Source of the DNA: an uncultured Leptospirales bacterium
GTDB taxonomy: Bacteria > Spirochaetota > UBA4802 > JAFGJZ01
DNA length: 24,835 nt
Assembly: GCA_964386495.1 (NCBI GenBank)
Contig: CAYLTM010000008.1
Coordinates: forward strand, 23,669-48,503
Direction of reading: 5' to 3'
Positions 9,227-16,477 of the stretch are shown here, one piece after another (positions within the stretch are counted from its first letter, which is position 1; every line of letters begins with the position of its first letter). Below the pieces are notes generated by a model. That model was not told the origin of the DNA and made no database searches. It saw only the letters and a program-made list of their open reading frames with translations. The translations under genes were made by a program, and so were the position numbers.

Positions 9227-9797
9227 GTTTATTTTTTGCAAAATTAAAAATCGTTAGCGGCAAATAATGTATAATATAGCAAAGAATCAAAGCTGCTTTA
9301 AAATGGTGACTCAATAAACATTAATAATACAATATGATGGGTAGTGTTGACAAATTAGTCATGATTATTTCTTAAAAATTAAAAATCTTGTCAAAATAAT
9401 ACCATAGTACTATTTACAAATTTATTGTTTTGTGATTATTATGCGTCAGCATTTGAGAATAATTTTTTTATTTTTCATCTGCAACCTCTGATAAGTAGGT
9501 AATTTTCCTTTATGGGAGATTACCTATTTAATACTCGCGGATTTTACAACAGCAGAAATCCCGCACTCATAACCCCCTAAGACATATTACGATAGATATC
9601 GAAATTAGAAATCAACTACAATTGACAGGATTATGTAATGTGTTGAAAATTCAATAGTCAAATTGTTAATAGTAACGGTGATAATTCATATCAATGGAGA
9701 TTTTAAGGAGTATATTATCGGAGTACCTTCCTTGGTCTGCGATATATTTGCCGCTCAACGTTTGTTAAGCGAAAGTTTGCCATTTATGTGACATAGT

Positions 9798-9858
9798 CAG
9801 GCTGTCGATTTAACTTCGACAGCCTGTATATTAATAAGAGTCTGCTCTGGCACCATTT
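9798..9858. repeat. Family-A palindrome CAGGCTGTCGA-N7-TCGACAGCCTG (9798-9826) plus a family-B core CTCTGGCACCATTT (9845-9858)
   Basis: Perfect 11-bp stem, related to 5728-5752 and 10895-10929. Confidence 0.8.
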
Positions 9859-9937
9859 ACTGTAGCGATTGCGCATAATACTTGACAAAATGCAACAAAA
9901 CTTTAATCAACACATAACAAAATTACAGGATAGATGT

Positions 9938-10792
9938 ATGGATTTGATAGAAAAAGACTTTATAATGCTTATAAATGATATAAATTCGATAAAACCAGGA
10001 ACAGTAATAAGAAGAATCGGCAGCGGGAAGGATCAACAGGGACTTTTCACACAATTTGACGACAAACAGGGTCTTATTCTGTTGAATGTTGTAGACATGA
10101 AAGATATTTGCTTTGCCGCTGAAGCCGGAATTTTACGACCAACAAAGGATGATCAACTTTATGAATATTCATCAGGATTTCAAGCGGACATCGATTCTTT
10201 CAACGCATTGGAGATTATTCAGGAATGGCCGTTATTCGCAAAATGCCCCGAATTCCAAAACGCGATTATTGAATTCATTAAAACTGTTTATGTCCCGAAG
10301 CAAATAATCACCTATAAAAAAAACAACATGATGCAATACGTTTTTATTCCAGTTCAGCAGAAATTCAAAATCGGCAGATTTGTAGAAACTATCGATTGGA
10401 ACAAGTATCGGGTTGATAAATTTCGCGAATATCTGAACGATCTGCAGGATGGGGAGCACATGACATACATCGCACTTGTACCGCAGATAAAAACCTACAC
10501 GCCAATGTTTTACAGCATCGGGACAAAACCTCATCAGACAACTCATCACAGTTTAAAGAGTGAAGCTTTCAATTTTAAACCGACTCATGGCGGACACATA
10601 AAAGCTGCTGGTGTGAAAAATGGTGTTAAGCAGCTGCTAGTTGATGCCGGATCCAACTACATCGGGAAGGGTGTAAACTCGCCGATTTCGATAGCCAAAG
10701 ATGTCGCGAAGGCTATGAAAAAGATTTATAAAGATTTCGATTTTATTGCTGTAGAAGGAAGATCCGCCTACGGTACAGAACAAAGTTATTGA
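9938..10792 (+). CDS. Hypothetical protein; C-terminal domain resembles Janus/Ocnus (PHPT1-like) phosphohistidine phosphatase
   Basis: ORF 9869-10792. The likely start is ATG 9938 (MDLIEK), with SD AGGA upstream. The C-terminal motifs DG..TYIAL...H...HGGHI...LLVDAGSNYIG...KKIYKDFDF are compared by eye only. Confidence refers to the CDS; the function is speculative. Confidence 0.8.
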   Translation: MDLIEKDFIMLINDINSIKPGTVIRRIGSGKDQQGLFTQFDDKQGLILLNVVDMKDICFAAEAGILRPTKDDQLYEYSSGFQADIDSFNALEIIQEWPLFAKCPEFQNAIIEFIKTVYVPKQIITYKKNNMMQYVFIPVQQKFKIGRFVETIDWNKYRVDKFREYLNDLQDGEHMTYIALVPQIKTYTPMFYSIGTKPHQTTHHSLKSEAFNFKPTHGGHIKAAGVKNGVKQLLVDAGSNYIGKGVNSPISIAKDVAKAMKKIYKDFDFIAVEGRSAYGTEQSY

Positions 10793-10894
10793 TGATTATT
10801 TTAATGGAAATATTGATATGTTCTATTTGTAATATGCATTATTGATCACTAATAACTTGTCTATGAATTATGTTTGATACGAATAGTTTTTAGT

Positions 10895-10929
10895 AATCAG
10901 GTTGTCGAAATTTAATCGACAACCTGATT
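10895..10929. repeat. Family-A palindrome between convergent genes (possible bidirectional terminator/REP)
   Basis: AATCAGGTTGTCGA-aatttaa-TCGACAACCTGATT, a perfect 14-bp stem with 7-nt loop. Confidence 0.8.
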
Positions 10930-10935
10930 GATTTT

Positions 10936-11691
10936 TCAGTAGGACGCTATTACGCCGACCGCGGCATAATTAAACATCGAAAAAGTATATACATCGCCGC
11001 CGCCTTCGGAACCGCCCTCTAACATCCGATAGCCGGCCTTTATTTTAAAGTTGTCATTTATTTTATAATGAAGTCCGGCGAAAATATCTTCGGCGCGGCC
11101 CTGCGGAGCGGCAAGAGCATCACCCTCGGCTACTACACTGATATTCGCGGGAAGCTTGTATTCTGCGTAAAAATTTACTATCGGGACGAATCCTATATTT
11201 GTTTTGTTTGCCGATTTGGTGCTTGCCGACTTGCTGCCGGAAGTCAATTTTATTTCCGCGTCACGGATTTTAGCGGTTAAGCCCAATCCAAAAAGAAAAC
11301 TATCATTATTAACTATCATATATCTATAAGTCAATCTATATGAATTAAATGTGTATTCTGATTTTACTTTTTCGCCCTTACTGAAAGTTTCTTTCTGATA
11401 CTTGACATCTTTTTTTAAAGTACCCTCGCCTTCCACAGTCAGCGGAGCATACAGCATTGATACTGTGTGTTTATCCAAAAATGTGTATCCGCCTCTTAAT
11501 CTGATAAATGGTTCAGTATCAGGGGTCAAATCATCCTTGAGAGATATCATCGTTCCGCCCTTCGACGGTATTCTTACATCATTGTAGCCTGTCCATACAC
11601 CTCCGGTTTCTGTATCAAGAAATACCTGAGAATACGCCGAATTCAGCACCAATATCATTGTCATCATCAGAAAAAGTTTTACTACTCGCAT
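10936..11691 (-). CDS. Probable outer-membrane beta-barrel protein of unknown function
   Basis: Signal peptide (MRVVKLFLMMTMILVLNSAYS), alternating aromatic/hydrophobic strands (YRLTYRY, FLFGLGLTAKIR, IKAGYR) and a C-terminal beta-signal-like YAAVGVIASY. SD GGAG. Confidence 0.75.
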   Translation of the reverse strand: MRVVKLFLMMTMILVLNSAYSQVFLDTETGGVWTGYNDVRIPSKGGTMISLKDDLTPDTEPFIRLRGGYTFLDKHTVSMLYAPLTVEGEGTLKKDVKYQKETFSKGEKVKSEYTFNSYRLTYRYMIVNNDSFLFGLGLTAKIRDAEIKLTSGSKSASTKSANKTNIGFVPIVNFYAEYKLPANISVVAEGDALAAPQGRAEDIFAGLHYKINDNFKIKAGYRMLEGGSEGGGDVYTFSMFNYAAVGVIASY

Positions 11692-11713
11692 TTTTGTCTC
11701 CTATTCTATTTGT

Positions 11714-11750
11714 TATTTACTTCTATTTACTTCTATTTACTTCTATTTAC
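11714..11750. repeat. 10-bp tandem repeat (TATTTACTTC)x3.7
   Basis: Read directly from the sequence, immediately upstream of the SD of the 10936-11691 gene. Confidence 0.9.
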
Positions 11751-11864
11751 TCTGACACCATTTTTTGTGAGAAAACACATATGTGGTAAATCCGCATAGT
11801 TACGCAGATTTTGCGTAACTATGCGTAACTATGTAAACATTTGATTTTGCTCTGTCACCATTTA
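11750..11864. repeat. Composite family-B element: core - CACATATGTG - GCATAGTTACGCA/TGCGTAACTATGC hairpin - core
   Basis: Cores at 11750 (CTCTGACACCATTTT) and 11850 (CTCTGTCACCATTTT). Same architecture as 15825-15926. Confidence 0.85.
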
Positions 11865-12000
11865 CTAACTTGTTTTACAAATATTTTTTTTGTTAAAAAA
11901 ATAACAAGATTTTTTTCATTGATTATTTAAAAACACATATCAAGCACTTCAAGGATTAATTATTAACTGATTATAAACTACAGATCAATTTAAGAGGTTC

Positions 12001-12450
12001 TTATAAAATCATTCTCATCGGAATCATTGATGACTTTGAAAAACCATTCTTATGATAGAATGTAATCGCATTTTCATTGTTGTAATCAGTTAATAATGTT
12101 ATTCTTAAACAATTTTTGTTTTTTGCATGACGAATAGCTTCATTAAGCAGGGTAGTACCATAGTTTTTCTTTCTATAATCTTTATCGATTATCATATCTT
12201 CTAAGACTGCTACTTTTCCGCCTAAAGCTGTGCTTATACTATAAAGCAGACTGACCATTCCAATAATAGTTTCATCAATTTTCAAAACCAATATCTCGCC
12301 AACTTCAGGATTTTTAATAATTGATTCCAATCCTTTTTTCTGTTTTTCATAGTTAGATTCAAACTCAATATCCTGAGAAAACAATAGATCCAATAGAGAT
12401 ACAAGTTTTTCAATCTGTTCAAGGTTAGCTAGTGATACTGTATTTTTCAT
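12001..12450 (-). CDS. GNAT family N-acetyltransferase
   Basis: Motif A LEDMIIDKDYRKKNYGTTLL, plus N..AITFYHKNGF. Confidence 0.9.
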   Translation of the reverse strand: MKNTVSLANLEQIEKLVSLLDLLFSQDIEFESNYEKQKKGLESIIKNPEVGEILVLKIDETIIGMVSLLYSISTALGGKVAVLEDMIIDKDYRKKNYGTTLLNEAIRHAKNKNCLRITLLTDYNNENAITFYHKNGFSKSSMIPMRMIL

Positions 12451-12480
12451 TTTCCCTCAATTAATATAAATAATTTTTTC

Positions 12481-12575
12481 CTCTGGCACCTTTTCTATGC
12501 ATAAAAACCGCAAATGTTATGGTTTCAGGTGTGAAAATGGTGTCAGAGAACATTTTTTAGGTCTCTGGCACCATT
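12481..12575. repeat. Family-B element, three cores (12481 forward, 12534-12549 reverse, 12560-12575 forward)
   Basis: CTCTGGCACCTTTT...AAAATGGTGTCAGAGA-acattttttagg-TCTCTGGCACCATT. The last two cores form an inverted pair. Confidence 0.8.
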
Positions 12576-12612
12576 CTTTTTGTACAATTTTGAAAAAATG
12601 TTCGGTATTTTT

Positions 12613-13239
12613 TTAAATTTCGTTTTTCCAATTAAGATAGTATTGATTTCGCTGTTTTTCCTGCATTATAGTGCTGGCTGGTCCATGTCCGGGGAAAATC
12701 TCAATATCACCATCGAAACCGTCAATAATTCTGATTATGGAATTTTTCAGACTCGCCAAATCCCCGGTAGGGAAATCCCATCTGCCGACAGCTCTATTGA
12801 AAAGTGTGTCGCCGGTATAGAGCTCCTGACCAAATTTATAACAGACACCGCCGGCGGTATGCCCGGGTGTGTGATAAACCTCGATGAGCTTTTCGTTTAG
12901 TTGGAAGATCTTCGAATCGTCAAAAGTGACAATGTTCAAACTTTCCGGCGAATAGAGTTTTTTCCGATCATAATAATCAAACCCGTTCTTATAATTATCG
13001 AACAGCATTTCGTATTCGTCTTTGTGGATATTGACCGGGACATCAAAGCAGTCTATCGCGCCAATGTGATCAACATGCCCATGAGTTAAAAGTATGCCCA
13101 ACACTTCAAGATTTTTCGACAAAACATAGTTTTTTATTTTATCTTTTTCATATCCGGGATCAACTATATAACATTGTTGATTATTTGCTATTATGTAGCA
13201 GTTCACATTTATTTCGCCAAGAAGAAGTATTTTATCCAT
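12613..13239 (-). CDS. MBL-fold metallo-hydrolase (glyoxalase II/YcbL-like)
   Basis: NCYII...VDPG, LTHGHVDHIG (HxHxDH), HTPGHTAG, TGDTLF, PGHG. Confidence 0.93.
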   Translation of the reverse strand: MDKILLLGEINVNCYIIANNQQCYIVDPGYEKDKIKNYVLSKNLEVLGILLTHGHVDHIGAIDCFDVPVNIHKDEYEMLFDNYKNGFDYYDRKKLYSPESLNIVTFDDSKIFQLNEKLIEVYHTPGHTAGGVCYKFGQELYTGDTLFNRAVGRWDFPTGDLASLKNSIIRIIDGFDGDIEIFPGHGPASTIMQEKQRNQYYLNWKNEI

Positions 13240-13390
13240 GATTATTCCTTATATTTTATTCAGGTTGTATAATTTGACATTATTAGATTCGCATATTATC
13301 TTACAAGTCAAACATATTTTGAAGGCTGGATTTTAACATTGAATTCATAGGTGAGATTTTATTTTCGGGTATATTCAATAATAGCAATAC

Positions 13391-13529
13391 GCCCCCCAAC
13401 CCCCGAAGGGCAGGGCTATGGACTTTGAAAAAAATATTATTAGATCTGATTTTTCAAGTCCCCCATTGGGCTTGCACTGCTTGTACTGAGGCTGCCGAAG
13501 TGAGCCAGTCGAAGTTTGATTTAGGGGGC
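13391..13529. repeat. GC-rich REP/MITE-like element with imperfect terminal inverted repeats (GCCCCCCAA...TTAGGGGGC) and an internal CTGAG..CGAAGT-type insert
   Basis: C-run/G-run modules CCCCCCAACCCCC-GAAGGG...AAGTCCCCC-ATTGGG...GATTTAGGGGGC in an otherwise AT-rich intergenic region. Confidence 0.6.
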
Positions 13530-13646
13530 AAAAAGGATGGAGTAGAAGGTCATACGAGTGTTGGGCTTTTATGCCCGAAAAATAATTCACCAGAAACTTA
13601 ATAGTCAAAGTAGTCTTATTAAGGACTACTTTGACATCACTATTAT

Positions 13647-15716
13647 TTAATAGGAAAGTTTTACCATCGCGCATCCACGCTTCAAAGGAACATTGAGTTT
13701 TAAGGAATCACCAACAGTTACGCATGAAACCGTCATAATCTCGTTGGTTCCGGGATGCAAAGCTGTTACGCGCAGATTTTTCATATCAGGAATATTTTTG
13801 ATGATTACTGTAGCGTTTTGTGATTTTCCTCCGAATGTTACAGGCAGCGAGTAGCCGCCCTTTACCTGAAATAAATTAACTTTTACACCAGTCGTTTGTG
13901 TATTAACACAATGCGGTGCAAGAACCCACTTTTTACCCCGCATAGCGTCAAGCAGCGGACCATATTGCAGATAGTAATCATCTGTAACTGGATGCGGCCG
14001 CAGTGCGTGATTGTTAAAAGGATATGGCGCGGTTGGATAAACACCCATCAGCAGATGCCGTTGAAAAAAACGGTCAGGATCCGGTTTAAGTTTATACACA
14101 GGTTTGATCCACCACATGCATGTCCAGGTGATTGCTGTTTTCCGCAAAGACATCAAAGCCAGACTGTTGAGTCCAGGACCGGACTCTCCGTGTTCAGAAA
14201 AATACCCATCGAGATGTTTCATCAAATCTATTCGCATGGTCATTGGATTTCCGAAAACGACTTTTCCAGCGGCATGCATTTTGCTGCTTAGAGCTTCAAT
14301 AAAATTTTTCCAAGATTCCGCCAGCGCTCTCGCGGGTTTTCCATTATACAAACTTAAACCGTCATCAGCATTCGCATTGTAAAATCTTAGCCAATCCAAA
14401 CGGTCAATACATATACCATCGGTATCAGGCAAATATCGTATATGACGATCAGCCTGTTCAAGAATAAACTCCTTATACTTTGGATCACCGCAGTCTGTTA
14501 CCTTCGCGCCATAGAAAGTTTTTAGACGCGGATCAAGAACAGCGTCGGGCAGAAATGTTTTCTGGAACATTACTGGTGATTTCCAAAGTTCATCAGAATC
14601 TTTTCCGATGTTTCCTGTGGGAGCATCCATTTTCCTGCCAAGCTCAGTTACGTTGAAATAATTCAAAATGTAAAACCCGTTTTGTTTCATACGGATCGCG
14701 TAATCATTCATCTGTCTGCATGATGTTGAGGATGATTTTCCTTCAGGAGTGGGCTCATCACATGCACGTTCCCACTTTTCGTCAGCGTTTTTTACAGGTG
14801 GTATAAACATTCCCATCCATGGGAAATCATCAGAAAGTTTCCAGTTTGTTCGAAAAGCCATTTTTCTCAGACGTTCCGCGTCAATCGATCCTTCATAACC
14901 GGAATATGCTCCGCAACCTGCCATTTCATCAGCTTTTAAAAATGATGGTTCAAAATATTCTGAATACCGTTCTGTATAAAATCGTAGACCACCTTTGTAG
15001 TCCGCCTCATGAGACACTATGTCGATGGAAAACTTTACAGGATATCCTTCACCCATACGGTGATTCTCCTGTGTGAAAACTATTGATCCTGTTTTTTTCG
15101 TTTCAAGGTTCATATTGAGTAAATGATCCTCAGGAGAGAACGCGAAACTCAAACCGGTATCGGAATCTATATCCGCAATAGTCGCGATTGGTATAGAAAA
15201 ATAATCACCCTTTTCCGGCGTAAAATGACTAATGTTAGAATATGTCCACTTAGAATTGCGGAATTTTTGAAGTGTCAGAGGATCTCTCCAGCCCCTGCTG
15301 CGGTTTTCAGGATCACTCCATGATGTCCAGAAACGGCTCTGTTTTTTTGCCGCAAAATTAATATCAGTGATAATTGGAGCCGTCCACAAATTTCCTGTGC
15401 CGCTTAGTGAAACGTTCCATCTTATTCCGTTTTTTACTTTGGTAAAATTTTCAACAACCACACACTTTCTATCATGCTTGTCAATTTGTGTGCGAGTAAA
15501 AGTACATTCATCTTTGCTCGCACCAATATCTGCCGTCACTTCTCCGATGTTGTTAAAACCTTTCAGATAAGTCATGCCCGTCAAAGGATAAGGTATTTTC
15601 GCGCTGCCGATTACCGCTTCAACGATAGATCCGTTTTTACTAAAACTCAATGTAACATCGCCGGACGAAATTGTGTAAAAAGCTTTTTCAGAAATTTTTT
15701 GTTTTTTAAACCTCAT
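13647..15716 (-). CDS. Large hypothetical protein, probable glycoside hydrolase-like (beta-sandwich, TIM-barrel, C-terminal beta domain)
   Basis: 689 aa, rich in W/Y/D. GFYILNYFNVTE, DCGDPKYKEFILEQ...DTDGICIDRLDW is reminiscent of the nucleophile-Asp region of clan GH-D barrels. No signal peptide seen. Confidence 0.65.
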   Translation of the reverse strand: MRFKKQKISEKAFYTISSGDVTLSFSKNGSIVEAVIGSAKIPYPLTGMTYLKGFNNIGEVTADIGASKDECTFTRTQIDKHDRKCVVVENFTKVKNGIRWNVSLSGTGNLWTAPIITDINFAAKKQSRFWTSWSDPENRSRGWRDPLTLQKFRNSKWTYSNISHFTPEKGDYFSIPIATIADIDSDTGLSFAFSPEDHLLNMNLETKKTGSIVFTQENHRMGEGYPVKFSIDIVSHEADYKGGLRFYTERYSEYFEPSFLKADEMAGCGAYSGYEGSIDAERLRKMAFRTNWKLSDDFPWMGMFIPPVKNADEKWERACDEPTPEGKSSSTSCRQMNDYAIRMKQNGFYILNYFNVTELGRKMDAPTGNIGKDSDELWKSPVMFQKTFLPDAVLDPRLKTFYGAKVTDCGDPKYKEFILEQADRHIRYLPDTDGICIDRLDWLRFYNANADDGLSLYNGKPARALAESWKNFIEALSSKMHAAGKVVFGNPMTMRIDLMKHLDGYFSEHGESGPGLNSLALMSLRKTAITWTCMWWIKPVYKLKPDPDRFFQRHLLMGVYPTAPYPFNNHALRPHPVTDDYYLQYGPLLDAMRGKKWVLAPHCVNTQTTGVKVNLFQVKGGYSLPVTFGGKSQNATVIIKNIPDMKNLRVTALHPGTNEIMTVSCVTVGDSLKLNVPLKRGCAMVKLSY

Positions 15717-15824
15717 AATAATGTCCCCATAATTTTTTTTTGAATAATTCAGGATTGTTTATGGGTTTTTGCAAGTATAAAATCACAATTTTGGTTAAAT
15801 ATCCCCGGAAAATGGTATATAAAC

Positions 15825-15926
15825 GGTCTCTGGCACCATTTTTAAATAAAAACCACATATGTGGAAAATATGCATAGTTACGCAAAATCAGCGTAACTAT
15901 GCATAAATGGTCTCTGGCACCATTTT
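15825..15926. repeat. Composite family-B element with two identical 18-bp direct repeats GGTCTCTGGCACCATTTT
   Basis: Repeats at 15825-15842 and 15909-15926. The 66-nt interior holds CCACATATGTGG and the ATGCATAGTTACGC/GCGTAACTATGCAT hairpin. Confidence 0.9.
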
Positions 15927-16006
15927 TTTCGCTTTTTCCTTGACAAAAATGCATAAATGTCAACAAATAGGAATGAAGAATAATACTTACAAATTTTTGA
16001 GGGTAA

Positions 16007-16477
16007 ATGATAACATTCCGTGAAGCGACAGAAAATGATTACTCTGAAATTGTTAATATACCGCGCAGTGAAAATGAATTATTATACGCCTTTTGCAGCG
16101 CGAAATATCCGCTGACTGTTCAGCAATTTGTGGAACAAACGAAAGACCGTCTGCATAAAACTGTTGGAATTATCAACGGGAAGACCGCGGCATTCGCCGA
16201 CATGTACAATATTGTTAATGACGATTCAGTGTTTATCGGAAACATTCTGGTAAACGTTGAACACCGCGGTTCCGGAATCGCGGGAAAGTTGCTGGATTAT
16301 ATGGCTGATCAATCAAAACTTTATGGCGCGAAAAGTATCAAGCTTAACTGCTGGAGCGAGAATGTTCGGGGATTATTATTCTATACAAAATGCGGGTATA
16401 AACCATCTGTAATCAAAAAAAGTGAAAACAATGGACGGATTATCGCGGTGATAGAAATGATCAAAAGTTTGGATTAA
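16007..16477 (+). CDS. GNAT family N-acetyltransferase
   Basis: IGNILVNVEHRGSGIAGKLL, N.RGLLFYTKCGY. SD GAGGG. Confidence 0.9.
   Translation: MITFREATENDYSEIVNIPRSENELLYAFCSAKYPLTVQQFVEQTKDRLHKTVGIINGKTAAFADMYNIVNDDSVFIGNILVNVEHRGSGIAGKLLDYMADQSKLYGAKSIKLNCWSENVRGLLFYTKCGYKPSVIKKSENNGRIIAVIEMIKSLD

Noticed and set aside
9087-9570. Moco/Wco or SAM-I riboswitch upstream of the moeA unit
   Set aside because: Only isolated fragments are present (CCTAAG on the wrong strand; CTTATCAGAG without the remaining S-box helices), and no conserved core was found.
12580-13089. Plus-strand ORFs 12580-12900 and 12901-13089
   Set aside because: They are antisense to the well-supported MBL hydrolase. The other short ORFs nested in or antisense to annotated genes were rejected for the same reason.
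13375-13674. 99-aa ORF
   Set aside because: It runs through the GC-rich repeat element and overlaps the GH-like stop, so it is probably spurious.
15825-15926. Mini-CRISPR array (two identical 18-bp direct repeats)
   Set aside because: There are only two short repeats, and the 66-nt interior is conserved at 11750-11864 rather than unique. No cas genes are present.
15706-15966. 86-aa ORF with duplicated KNGARD
   Set aside because: The duplication is simply the translation of the two DNA repeats. There is no SD or protein-like composition.
9869-16477. Integron cassette array (GNAT, MBL and hypothetical single genes separated by palindromes)
   Set aside because: No RYYYAAC...GTTRRRY attC boundaries at the stops I checked, gene orientation is mixed, and there is no intI.
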